Positions 8,428 through 17,938 of a DNA stretch of 64,000 nt are shown here, in pieces. The stretch's first letter is position 1; the number at the start of each line of letters is the position of its first letter. Origin of the DNA: Lentisphaeria bacterium (GTDB lineage: Bacteria > Verrucomicrobiota > Lentisphaeria > JABSQK01 > JAWLHB01); NCBI GenBank assembly GCA_041690595.1, contig JAWLHB010000043.1, positions 1 to 64,000 of the forward strand, written 5' to 3'. Below the pieces are notes generated by a model that was not told the DNA's origin, ran no database searches, and worked only from the letters and a program-made list of their open reading frames with translations. The position numbers were made by a program, and so were the translations under genes.

Positions 8428-10118
8428 GAGGTTGCCTCTTTTCCTATTTGAAAACTTCCGAACACCTTCCTGACAACATACTTCGACGGGGCAAGTGATT
8501 TTTCTGATATGATTCAGTAAATCGGCCGCGTTCAGTCTCCCATTCCCTTCCACCTGCTATTGCTAAGTTGCGGCGATACGTCACCACACCATGACCAATA
8601 TTTCCGCCAATAGATCATTATCAAGACTATTAAGAAAGTCTTTCGCAAAATTACCTTGATTTGCCATTCACCCCCACCCTGCTTGGAATCCGTTATGCTG
8701 CGCCACCTGTCAACTCCTCTCCCCACCCCCGTATCCCTGGTTCGCCCCGGCTGGCTCTTCGCTCCGCTTGGGCCGGCTCCACCGTCCACGCCTTCCATGG
8801 CTCACTTTGCTTAGTAACCGGACATAATGTCACCTCACTGAACCGGCGGCGCGGAGCAGATCCGGAAACCGTGGAAGCTGCCGCGGTAGTGGGGGTAGTT
8901 CGCATTGCGGTTGGCGGAACGGCAACCGCTGGCGCCGTAGTTCCAACCGCCGCCGCGCAATACGCGGAGCGAACTTGTGTCACAGCCTTCTGGATCGATC
9001 ACCGGGTCGCTGCCCAGATTCGTCACCCACACGTCCAGGCACCACTCCAAGACGTTGCCGTGCATGTCGTACAACCCCCACTGATTCGGCAGGTAGCTGC
9101 CTACCTTCGCCGTGCCCACTGAGTCGTCACTGCCCTGACTATAACCAGAACCGCCGTTGAACCGGTCACGGCCCACCACCGCCATGTTCGGACATGGATC
9201 CGACGTAGCCGTCAAGTTCCGCCCTCCATCGTCCCAAGGCGCATTCAATGCCTTGGTGGTGCCGGCCCGGCAGGCGTATTCCCATTGCCCTTCTGTAGGC
9301 AGATCAACGGCCAGACCGCTCTTTGCCCGCAGTTTCCCAAGGAAGGTGGTGCTTCCAGGCGCGCGGCTGCCGCCAGGCCACTCGCCGCCGCGTACGTCAT
9401 CCCACGAGACCATCTCCACCGGACGCCCATCACGGTAGGTAGTGTTATTGAAGTAGCTCGGCCACGTATCCATCACCCGCTCATACTGCTTCTGGGTCAC
9501 TGGAAAAACGCCCATATAGAAGTCCTGCGTCAGTGTCACCTCATGTTGGGTTTCGCGATCATCCACGCGGCCTAGTTCGCCTACCGGACTGCCCATGGTG
9601 AAGGTACTCGCCGGGATGCGGCGCAGAACGATTTTCGTGGTGCGGTACTCATCCGGGATCGGATTCGGCAGCACCGCCAGCTTGGTTACCGGGTAGCTCA
9701 CCGCATCCGGCCCGCCAGTGACGTCGATGACGAGATAGGTCCAGCTGTCGCTGGCGGTGACGCGCACCCGCATTTGGTCGGAGAACTGGCCGAGCCAGTC
9801 GGCGCCCGCGGCCCATTGCAGTGTGCCGTCCGTCCAAGCCGCAGTCGCTTGCACGGACGTATCGCCGGTAAGGCTAAGCACCGGCACCGCGTACCAGGTG
9901 AGGCCATCGTTTGCCGAGGCTTGCAGGCCGATGACCAGCGCATCGGCATCTGCATCCAAGTAGCGATAGCCAACATTCACCACCGTCGCTGCCCCCGAGT
10001 CGGTGACCGAAAGCCCCGTGACCTCCACCTCCGGATCGGCGGCAAGGCCGGTGGCAGCCAGGGCGAGCAGTGACGCCAAGCTGAGTAGTCCACGGCCTAT
10101 CAAATGAAAAACGCGCAT
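8050..10118. repeat. Duplicated ~375-bp segment (8050-8427 vs 9744-10118) encoding signal peptide plus shared N-terminal domain
   Basis: Long near-identical stretches, e.g. gctgtcgctggcggtgacgcgcacccgcatttggtcggagaactggccgagccagtcgg at both 8050 and 9744. Confidence 0.95.
8835..10118 (-). CDS. Secreted FGE-sulfatase (C-type lectin fold) domain protein, possible DGR target
   Basis: RBS AGAGGAG; signal peptide; FTMGSP, LPTEGQWEYACRAGT, NQWGLYDMHGNVLEW and RVLRGGGW...CRSANR...GFR motifs. Confidence 0.92.
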   Translation of the reverse strand: MRVFHLIGRGLLSLASLLALAATGLAADPEVEVTGLSVTDSGAATVVNVGYRYLDADADALVIGLQASANDGLTWYAVPVLSLTGDTSVQATAAWTDGTLQWAAGADWLGQFSDQMRVRVTASDSWTYLVIDVTGGPDAVSYPVTKLAVLPNPIPDEYRTTKIVLRRIPASTFTMGSPVGELGRVDDRETQHEVTLTQDFYMGVFPVTQKQYERVMDTWPSYFNNTTYRDGRPVEMVSWDDVRGGEWPGGSRAPGSTTFLGKLRAKSGLAVDLPTEGQWEYACRAGTTKALNAPWDDGGRNLTATSDPCPNMAVVGRDRFNGGSGYSQGSDDSVGTAKVGSYLPNQWGLYDMHGNVLEWCLDVWVTNLGSDPVIDPEGCDTSSLRVLRGGGWNYGASGCRSANRNANYPHYRGSFHGFRICSAPPVQ

Positions 10119-10413
10119 GAAACTCAACTCCTCTTTATCGGTGAATTCCCGCAAATGCTTCCACCAGAAAGCGCATCCGCCTAGTTGGTCAGGAGTGACC
10201 TAAGGTGTAACCCGCGCCTCCACTCTGCTCGCCCCTGTTCCCCTTTGGTTGGCGGCATAGAAACTGCCCCTGATCATGGCTAATGTTACCATTCATCCCC
10301 TGTTTTCAAGCATAAGTCTCTATATTCCGTTGATTTCGCTTCGCGAACACTTTGTAGGACTTCCATAACGACACTGGGTGCAACACTTCATGCCCTGCTT
10401 CCTATGCTCATAG

Positions 10414-10515
10414 CTTGTCGGGATCTGGAGATCCGATCTCCGGAACCCGACAAGAAGTACCGAGGGGTCTGGGGAGGTGCGCCTCCCCAGCGGGGGCCGG
10501 GGGCAGCGCCCCGCT
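10414..10515. repeat. Cluster of intergenic palindromes (REP-like)
   Basis: cttgtcggg...cccgacaag long hairpin (10414-10454); ctggggagg-tgcg-cctccccag (10469-10490); ggggc-agc-gcccc. Confidence 0.7.
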
Positions 10516-10531
10516 GATCGTCTCCGCGGCT

Positions 10532-10559
10532 TTGCAGTGGTTGGAGTCGGGAGTATGCT
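10532..10559 (+). promoter_or_regulatory. Putative sigma70 promoter
   Basis: TTGCAG-N16-TATGCT upstream of RBS GGAG and ATG at 10580. Confidence 0.4.
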
Positions 10560-10579
10560 TATTGTAGAAGGAGAGTCAC

Positions 10580-11080
10580 ATGAGCAGCGCCAAACCATCC
10601 AGATCGAACAGCCAGGGAACCGTCGTATTGAACGAGGCGGCTCCGGCGGGCTGGTGGCTGCTGGTCATTGGGCTTCTGCTGATCCCGATCGGCGGGATGG
10701 CCGAGTCGACACCCACCGAATGGTCACTGGTGCTTGTGGCAGCCGTGCTCTGCGCCTCGCTTGGGGCCGCCATGCTGCTGGCCCGCCCCAGACTGACGCT
10801 TGACCTGACCACTCGGCAGCTTCACTATCGACGGAACCGCCTGCCATGGGGGAAGCAGCTGCGCGGCAGCATGGAGAGCCACCTGCGTGGGCTGCAGGCC
10901 GGCCCCAAGCCTTGCGGTAGCCGCCGGCAATGCATCTCGGAGTTCGGCGTCTGGATCGTCTTTGCGGCGGACGAGGAACGACTTCAGATCCGCCACCTGT
11001 CCAGCCTCGAGGACGCCATGGCCGAGGCCCGCACCCTGGCGGATGAATGGGGGTTGCCGCTGCTCGACGGTAAGGCGTAG
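10580..11080 (+). CDS. Hypothetical membrane protein (2 TM)
   Basis: RBS AAGGAG; two hydrophobic segments then a soluble domain. Confidence 0.7.
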   Translation: MSSAKPSRSNSQGTVVLNEAAPAGWWLLVIGLLLIPIGGMAESTPTEWSLVLVAAVLCASLGAAMLLARPRLTLDLTTRQLHYRRNRLPWGKQLRGSMESHLRGLQAGPKPCGSRRQCISEFGVWIVFAADEERLQIRHLSSLEDAMAEARTLADEWGLPLLDGKA

Positions 11081-11105
11081 GTACGGCAGCCACCCACCGG
11101 GGCTA

Positions 11106-13772
11106 TTATTCGCCGAGATCCTGCTTGAGCCGCCTCTTCAGGGATTGGTAGTCCGCTTTGCCGGTGCCCAGCTTGGGGAGTTCGTCGATGCGTATCTGCC
11201 TGCCAATGCGAGCCAGATTACTGAAGCCGGCATCCTTGAGGAGCTGGTTGGCTTCGTCAACCGTGCAGTCGAAGGTCGCAAAGAGGGCGAGCAGGGGGCG
11301 CTCGTCGTCACGTTCGAGCGAGATGATGGCAAGGCGCGGCTCACCGTCCTCATCGGGGTACTTCTCCTTGAGGGCGGCCTCCATGGCGGGCAGGCTGATC
11401 ATCTCGCCGCCAATCTTTACGAAGCGCTTGAGACGCCCGGAGATGGTGAGGTTGCCTCCCTCGTCGAGAAAGCCCAGATCGCCGGTGACGTACCACTTCT
11501 TCTTGTCGACAATGTGGAAGGATTCGGTATCGGGATTTCCCAAGTAACCGGGGAAGATGTTCGGGCCGCTGGCGAGGATCAGCCCCCGCTCTCCCGTGGG
11601 CACAGGTTCGCGCGTCTCTGGATGGACGATGCAGAGCTTCACGTTGCTGATCGGTTTGCCGACTCCCACACGTTCTTCGCCGACCCGATTGAAGGTGAGC
11701 ACCGGTCCGGTTTCGGTAATACCATATCCTTCGAGAATATCGGCGTCTGATAGCTCGCCAAGGCGGCGGAAAAGATCCTCGGAAGCCTTTTCGGCGCCGC
11801 TGAGGATGATGCGCAGCTCCCGCAGAAGATCCGTATCACGCGCTGCGCGGAGGATACCGGAGATGAAGGTGGGCGTGCCGCAGAGGACGGTGGGCTTCCA
11901 GCCGCCGATGCCACGAGCCAGATGCCGACTCTCGGTGGGGTTGGGATAGTAGCAGGTCTTCAGTCCGGCCACCATCGGCAGCAGAGAGGTGACCGTGAAG
12001 CCGAAGGAATGGAAGGGGGGCAGAAATCCGTAGAGCACATCGCTGGAGTACAGCTCGATCGATTCGAGGGCGCCACGCAGATTGCTGAGTACGTTGAAAT
12101 GAGTCAAGGGCACACCCTTGGGGGCCGCCTCCGAGCCGCTGGTGAAGAGAATCACCGCATGCTGATCGGATTCCCAGGACTCCGTGCGATAGCGTCGGCG
12201 CAAGGACTCGGCGCTTCGCATGCCGTTCAACGCGGCCACCAGCTTCGCGCGGAGCGGCATCTGGCGCCGACGCACCTCCTCCAGCGTCCAGAGTTTCTCC
12301 TTGATCAGGTCGAAGTTGAGGCCGTCGAGGCGATCGAGAAAGCGAGCCGAGGAGATGATCACCCGGATTCCCGAGAGGTCGAGCACATGCTTGAGATTCG
12401 CATCGCCGAGGGTCCAGTTGAGCATCACCGGCGTCTTGCCAGCAACAAGGGTGGCGAGGATCACGAGGTCGGCACCGGCAGTGGCCGGCAGCATGATGCC
12501 GATATTGCGTTCCGGCCGCACACGGATGATGTCGGCCAGGAGGAGCACGCCGATCTTTGCCTTGCGATAGGTGATCACGCCACTTGTTTCGTCGCCGATG
12601 GCGACCGCGCTTCCGTAGGAATCGCAGACCTGAAAGAAATTTTCCTGGACGGTCAGGTGGGGATCGGGCACATGGATGTCGGGCCTTCCGCCGTCTTCGA
12701 ACCATTCATGCGGCACCTTCAGCTCGGCACCTGGATTCCTGTCGCCCAACTCACCGATCGCGGCAGCCTGCACATCCTGCACACTTTGCAGGTCCTCCAC
12801 ATTCACATCCATGCTGCCATATTCTTCCTCGATCCAACTGATCAGCTCGCCCAGATTCAGGGAGTCCATGCCCAGATCTCTGGAAAGAAGCATGTCGTCC
12901 CGCAGTTCTTCGGCATTGCGCCCGCTCAGTTCGGCGAGCTCGGCGGCGACCTTCTCCCTCACGTCATCCGGCACCTCCAGCTCGCGCAGCGCTCTCTCTT
13001 CGGCTCCTTTCGCCATCTGAAAGTAGTGGCGCCTCCAGAAGTAGTAGGATACCGGGACGGGCTCTTCGGGACCTGGGGTATTGTACCACGCTTCCAGCCA
13101 GCGGTTGATCTCCATCTTGTCACCGCGGCGGGGAAAGTCATCGCCGGGCACCTCGATTTCCACGCTCACTTTGCGCCGGGGCATGAAGAGGATAAGGTTG
13201 AGGATCAGGTACTTGATGGCGAGCATCAGCTTGATGCCCAGTTCGGGTCGGTGCTGGTTTGCGTACCAGGAGAACATGCTGCCGATCAGCCCTCGGGTAC
13301 GGACCAGGACGATGGGTTGATCGGGTCGGCGCTGCAGCAGATCGAAGACGGCGGAGGCCCCCTGCAACTGCTCTTCCTTGCTGCGCATCAGGCGACCGGC
13401 GGGATAAAGCAGCACGTTTTCGCCCCGATCGAGACGCTCCGCCACGCCATCCAGCCCTTCCTGTACGCGAAGCCGTTTGTAACTTCCCGAACGTCCCTCC
13501 ATATTCGGCATCGGTACCGCCCCGAAGAGCTTGAAGAGCCAGTGCAATCCGGGGGTATAGTAGAAATCCTCAACAACCATCGGCTGCGGCATGAGCCGGC
13601 GCCGGAAGACGGTCATGACGATAACCGGATCCATCTCGCTCGGGTGGTTAGGCAATATCAGCACGCCGCGTGAAGTCTGCACCTTTTCACGCCCGCGCAC
13701 ATCTATCCGGTATCGCAGGGCCAGCAGCAGACGGGTCAGCGATGCCAACAGCCATAGAAATCTTTTCTTCAT
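11106..13772 (-). CDS. Aas-like acyltransferase (PlsC) + acyl carrier + AMP-binding acyl ligase fusion
   Basis: NHPSEMD (HxxxxD) and YPAGR; ACP motif DLGMDSL; LFTSGSEAAPKGV, EGYGITE and WYVTGDLG. Confidence 0.9.
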   Translation of the reverse strand: MKKRFLWLLASLTRLLLALRYRIDVRGREKVQTSRGVLILPNHPSEMDPVIVMTVFRRRLMPQPMVVEDFYYTPGLHWLFKLFGAVPMPNMEGRSGSYKRLRVQEGLDGVAERLDRGENVLLYPAGRLMRSKEEQLQGASAVFDLLQRRPDQPIVLVRTRGLIGSMFSWYANQHRPELGIKLMLAIKYLILNLILFMPRRKVSVEIEVPGDDFPRRGDKMEINRWLEAWYNTPGPEEPVPVSYYFWRRHYFQMAKGAEERALRELEVPDDVREKVAAELAELSGRNAEELRDDMLLSRDLGMDSLNLGELISWIEEEYGSMDVNVEDLQSVQDVQAAAIGELGDRNPGAELKVPHEWFEDGGRPDIHVPDPHLTVQENFFQVCDSYGSAVAIGDETSGVITYRKAKIGVLLLADIIRVRPERNIGIMLPATAGADLVILATLVAGKTPVMLNWTLGDANLKHVLDLSGIRVIISSARFLDRLDGLNFDLIKEKLWTLEEVRRRQMPLRAKLVAALNGMRSAESLRRRYRTESWESDQHAVILFTSGSEAAPKGVPLTHFNVLSNLRGALESIELYSSDVLYGFLPPFHSFGFTVTSLLPMVAGLKTCYYPNPTESRHLARGIGGWKPTVLCGTPTFISGILRAARDTDLLRELRIILSGAEKASEDLFRRLGELSDADILEGYGITETGPVLTFNRVGEERVGVGKPISNVKLCIVHPETREPVPTGERGLILASGPNIFPGYLGNPDTESFHIVDKKKWYVTGDLGFLDEGGNLTISGRLKRFVKIGGEMISLPAMEAALKEKYPDEDGEPRLAIISLERDDERPLLALFATFDCTVDEANQLLKDAGFSNLARIGRQIRIDELPKLGTGKADYQSLKRRLKQDLGE

Positions 13773-13865
13773 GTTTCCTCGGGGTTCGACCGCGCTGTGT
13801 ACCAAACGTCCTGAATGTAAGGCCTTTTCCGGGAATTCCAAAAGTACTTACGAAGAGGATGCGAC

Positions 13866-14951
13866 ATGTGGTGGCTGATTGGCCTTGTCGTTGTCGTTAT
13901 CGCGCTGGCCTCGTTGTGGCGTCCCCGGCCGGTTCGTCCTCCAGCGCCGCTGGCGTCAGATCCGATTGTGGATATGCATTGCCACATCGCGGGCATTGGT
14001 GCGGGAGGCTCGGGTTGCCACCTTCATCCGCACATGCGCAAGAGCTGGAAGTACAAGCCCTACCTGCGTTGCTTTCATGTCTCTCATGAAGAGCTGAACG
14101 CCTTTGGGGATGCCCTTGTCGTCGAGCGCCTGGTGGCGCGGCTCCGTCAGTCTTCCCTGGTGCAAGGGGCCGTCATCCTGGCCATGGATGGGGTAATCGG
14201 CAGCGATGGTGAGCTGGACTTGGACCGGACGCAGCTCTACGTGCCGAACAGCCATGTATTCGCGCAGGTGGCGAAGTACGACTGCCTGTTTGCTGGAGCC
14301 AGCGTCAATCCCTATCGGCGCGACGCGCTCGAACAGCTGGAGGCGGCCAAGCGGCAGGGAGCCGTGCTTCTCAAATGGCTGCCGGCGATACAGCAGATCG
14401 ATGTAGCCGACGCGGCGCTGGTTCCCTTCTATCAGCGGCTGGTCGAACTGGACCTGCCCCTGCTCACGCACACGGGCGCGGAACGCTCGTTTACCCATGC
14501 CGATCACGATGCCGGCGATCCCGAACGCCTGCGGCTTCCCCTGGAACTCGGCGTCACCGTCATTGCCGCTCATGTCGCCTCGACCGGCAGGAGTCATGGG
14601 CAACGTCAGATCGACCGGCTCATCGCTCTCTTCCCGCACTACCCGAACCTCTACACCGACATCTCCAGCTTGACACAGCTCAACAAGCTCGGCTATCTCA
14701 ACAAAGTGCTGCGCCATCCTGAGATGTTCGATCGGCTGCTCTACGGGACCGACATGCCACTGCCGGATACGCCGCTGGTTTCCCCTTGGTTCTTCCCCTT
14801 GAACCTGCGTCTCGGCCAGATGCGAAAACTTGCATCAGTGGGCAATGCCTGGGATCAGGATGTCCTGCTCAAGCAAGCTCTCGGTGTACCGCCGGAGTGC
14901 TTTACAAGAGCCGTATCGCTCCTCGACCTTGCGATCAAGCCTCGGAGTTGA
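13866..14951 (+). CDS. Amidohydrolase family 2 protein with N-terminal membrane anchor
   Basis: DMHCH, LLTHTG, IAAH and LLYGTD motifs. Confidence 0.85.
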   Translation: MWWLIGLVVVVIALASLWRPRPVRPPAPLASDPIVDMHCHIAGIGAGGSGCHLHPHMRKSWKYKPYLRCFHVSHEELNAFGDALVVERLVARLRQSSLVQGAVILAMDGVIGSDGELDLDRTQLYVPNSHVFAQVAKYDCLFAGASVNPYRRDALEQLEAAKRQGAVLLKWLPAIQQIDVADAALVPFYQRLVELDLPLLTHTGAERSFTHADHDAGDPERLRLPLELGVTVIAAHVASTGRSHGQRQIDRLIALFPHYPNLYTDISSLTQLNKLGYLNKVLRHPEMFDRLLYGTDMPLPDTPLVSPWFFPLNLRLGQMRKLASVGNAWDQDVLLKQALGVPPECFTRAVSLLDLAIKPRS

Positions 14952-16071
14952 TGGGCAGCCAGAGGCGAAAGATCGTGCCTGCTTCGGCGCTCGAGGAGAA
15001 GGTGACCTTGCCATGCAGGTAACGCTCGCCGAGCAGCTTCATGCTGTAGGTGCCCAGACCACGGCTGCCTCCTTTCGTTGAGAAGGAGCGCTGAAAGATC
15101 TGCATTTGCACCGCCTCCAGCAGCTGTCCTGGATTGTGTACCCAGTATTCGACCCCACCTTCCGCACTCTGCCGGCAGCCGATTCGAACCAAAGCGCCCG
15201 CCCGCACGGCTTCGAGGGCATTCTTCACCATGTTGCCGATCACGCGCCGTACCAATGCCGGATCCGAGACGATGGTGCAACTCAGGCATTCGTCCTCGAT
15301 CTCGACGGTTTTCTGGCGCCCCACCTCGTGGGTACGATAGAGGCTGGCGACGTCCTCCAGCAGCTCGCGGGTATTGAAGGCAGTCGTATCGAGCGCCAGT
15401 TCGCCATTTTCGGCGGCAACCAGCTGGCGTTGGGCGCAGATCTCGTCAATCAGTTTTTCGGTAAGCCGATGCAGGGCTCCGCGAAACTCCTGCAGCTCGT
15501 CATCCTCGGCGTCCAGCAGCATCTCGGAGTAGCCAAGCAAGCCGCCGGCGGTGTTGAGAATGTCATGGAAGAAGATGCGCTCGAGAACCTTGCGGCGCTT
15601 CTCGTCGCTGACATCGAGAAGTGCCATCATCGTATACATCAGATCACCGATGGGCAGAGGAGTCGTCCACACGCGCAGATCGATGGCAGAACCATCCTGC
15701 TGCAAGATGCTGCATTCAGCCATACCTCGTTTGCCGGCCTGGCTGTCAATAATGGCGAGGAGGGCTCCGCAGGCGCGGCAGGCATTGGCGGTCCCGCAGC
15801 CGCCAGACGTCACGATCGAATTTCTGCATCCAAGCGCTTCCCCGGGACGCTGTCCAAGCAGGCAAGCGGAGGCCGGCAAGCCAAGTCGACGGAGCAACGC
15901 TTCGTTGGCATGTACAATCTGTCGATCTGGATTGAGGATGATGAAGACATCCGGAACGCTGTCGAGTATCGCCGTAGCGTTCAACAAACGCTCATCCACC
16001 TGCCTCGCCTGGATTTCGAGTTCCTCGGAACCGGAGCGCCTCGATGATGCGACATCCTGCAATAATGACAT
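14935..16071 (-). CDS. PAS-domain sensor histidine kinase
   Basis: FFHDILN H-box, NMVKNALEA N-box, FSTKG..RGLG; N-terminal PAS with Cys cluster. Confidence 0.9.
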   Translation of the reverse strand: MSLLQDVASSRRSGSEELEIQARQVDERLLNATAILDSVPDVFIILNPDRQIVHANEALLRRLGLPASACLLGQRPGEALGCRNSIVTSGGCGTANACRACGALLAIIDSQAGKRGMAECSILQQDGSAIDLRVWTTPLPIGDLMYTMMALLDVSDEKRRKVLERIFFHDILNTAGGLLGYSEMLLDAEDDELQEFRGALHRLTEKLIDEICAQRQLVAAENGELALDTTAFNTRELLEDVASLYRTHEVGRQKTVEIEDECLSCTIVSDPALVRRVIGNMVKNALEAVRAGALVRIGCRQSAEGGVEYWVHNPGQLLEAVQMQIFQRSFSTKGGSRGLGTYSMKLLGERYLHGKVTFSSSAEAGTIFRLWLPINSEA

Positions 16072-16269
16072 GATTCACCCCTGTTGGTTAACGTGTGCGC
16101 TAACTATAGCATCCCTGGCCACAGACGCAACACTCGCATTCGTGACTCTTGCCACAACCCCGTGCCCGGAAGTCATGATCCCGCGGCGCCGGTTGATTGT
16201 TTACCTGATCAAGGCTATGCTTGCGAGACGGCAGATCCCCTTCAACCAACCAGAAACGGAGAGAGCCCG

Positions 16270-17058
16270 ATGCAGTATGGCGTATGTGGAAACCCTGCCA
16301 TTGCCGAGGCCGCTGCCAAGGCCGGCTATGATTATCTCGAAACCACGGTGCAGGCGCTGCTCAAACCGCTGGAAGACCGGCAGGCGTTCGAAGAAGGAAT
16401 GAACGCCTATGGCGCCGCCCCGCTTCCGTGTCGCGTGCTGAATTGCTTTGTCCCCGCCTCGCACCCGATTACCGGGCCCGCTGTCGACTTGGCAACCTTG
16501 CGCAGCTACGTGACCACCGTCTGTTCCCGTGCCGAGGAAGCCGGCGTCGAGGTCATTGTCTTCGGCTCCGGGGGAGCCCGCCGCATCCCGGACGGTTATC
16601 CGCGGGCGCAAGCCTGGCAGCAGCTGGTCGACTTCGGGCGCATGCTCGGGCCGATCGCCGAGGCGCATCGGATCACCATCGCGGTGGAACCGCTCAACCG
16701 CAATGCCTGCAATGTGCTGACGACGGTGGGCGAGAGTGCCGCCTATGTGCGGGAAGTCGACCATCCTTGGTTTCGTCTGCTCGTGGATGCCTATCACTGG
16801 GGCATTGATGAAGACAGCGCGGCTGACATTGTGCAGGCGGGGCCACTGCTCCGCCACCTTCACATCGCCACCTATGCGAATCATCTGGCACCCGCCATGG
16901 AAGCGTGCGACTTCGGCCCATTCTTCGGGGCGCTGGCAACAGCGGGCTATGACGGTCGCCTCTCCATCGAGTCGGAACTTGGCGATCCCGACGCCACTCT
17001 CGCGCCGGCCCTTCAGGCCATGCAGGAGTTGGTGGCTGAGGCCAGGCGTAACGGCTGA
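16270..17058 (+). CDS. Sugar phosphate isomerase/epimerase (xylose isomerase-like TIM barrel)
   Basis: VFGSGGAR, VEPLN, DAYH, HIA and GYDGRLSIE motifs. Confidence 0.88.
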   Translation: MQYGVCGNPAIAEAAAKAGYDYLETTVQALLKPLEDRQAFEEGMNAYGAAPLPCRVLNCFVPASHPITGPAVDLATLRSYVTTVCSRAEEAGVEVIVFGSGGARRIPDGYPRAQAWQQLVDFGRMLGPIAEAHRITIAVEPLNRNACNVLTTVGESAAYVREVDHPWFRLLVDAYHWGIDEDSAADIVQAGPLLRHLHIATYANHLAPAMEACDFGPFFGALATAGYDGRLSIESELGDPDATLAPALQAMQELVAEARRNG

Positions 17059-17093
17059 TTTCGTTTTCACGCCGCGGAAATGCGAGGCAGTAG

Positions 17094-17122
17094 TCGACAC
17101 GCCTTCCGCATGCGGCTATACT
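17094..17122 (+). promoter_or_regulatory. Putative sigma70 promoter
   Basis: TCGACA-N17-TATACT ahead of the second epimerase. Confidence 0.55.
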
Positions 17123-17158
17123 TAGATGAACCGTCAATCACCAAAGCAAGGAGCTTGT

Positions 17159-17938
17159 ATGCAATTCGGAGTATGTGGAGGCGCGGATATCGCCACCCCG
17201 GCGGCCGGTGCCGGTTATGATTATTTTGAGTCTTCGGTCGGGGCACTGCTGAAGCCGCTCGAGGATCGCGAAGCGTTTGCGAGCGCCTTGCTGGCGCACA
17301 AGAGCGCCCCCCTGCGCTGCCCGGTCGTCAACTGCTTCGTACCCGCCAGCCATCCGATAACCGGCCCGAACGTCGACATGGCGAAGCTGAAGGATTATGT
17401 GACGACCGTCTTCGAGCGTGGCCAGGAGGCGGGAGTGGAGGTCATTGTCTTCGGATCCGGCGGGGCTCGTCGTATTCCCGATGGCTTCTCCCGCGAGCTT
17501 GCATGGCAACAGCTGGTGAAGTTCGGCAAGATGGTCGGCCCGCTTGCCGCGGACCATGACATCATCGTCGTCGTCGAACCGCTCAACCTGACCGAGTGTA
17601 ATGTCTTGACGACGGTCGGTGAAAGCGCGGACTATGTTCGCGAGGTGAATCACCCCAATTTCCTGCTTCTGGTGGATGCGTATCACTGGGGCAAAGACAA
17701 GGACAGCTCGCAGGCGATAGCCAAGGCGGGCCCCCTGCTTCGCCATGTCCACATCGCCACCTATGTGAACCGCCATGCACCGGGCATGGAGCCCTGTGAT
17801 TTCCTGGCCTTCTTCCAGGCGCTCAAGGCCGCGGGCTATGATGGGCGCATCTCGATTGAAGGCAGGCTCGGCGAGCCGGCGGAGAGTTTGCCAATCGCAC
17901 TGCGGACCATGCGCGAGCTGATAGCCCAGGCTCAGTAG
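17159..17938 (+). CDS. Sugar phosphate isomerase/epimerase, tandem paralog
   Basis: RBS AAGGAG; same motifs as the upstream gene. Confidence 0.88.
   Translation: MQFGVCGGADIATPAAGAGYDYFESSVGALLKPLEDREAFASALLAHKSAPLRCPVVNCFVPASHPITGPNVDMAKLKDYVTTVFERGQEAGVEVIVFGSGGARRIPDGFSRELAWQQLVKFGKMVGPLAADHDIIVVVEPLNLTECNVLTTVGESADYVREVNHPNFLLLVDAYHWGKDKDSSQAIAKAGPLLRHVHIATYVNRHAPGMEPCDFLAFFQALKAAGYDGRISIEGRLGEPAESLPIALRTMRELIAQAQ

Noticed and set aside
7249..10118. FGE proteins as formylglycine-generating sulfatase maturases
   Set aside because: They are secreted, lack the paired catalytic cysteines of the true FGE active-site loop, and lie beside a surface protein far from the sulfatases.
7249..10580. 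Complete DGR cassette with the two FGE genes as TR/VR pair
   Set aside because: No reverse transcriptase or accessory gene; the two 3' ends are broadly divergent rather than differing only at adenines; no AAC-rich template seen.
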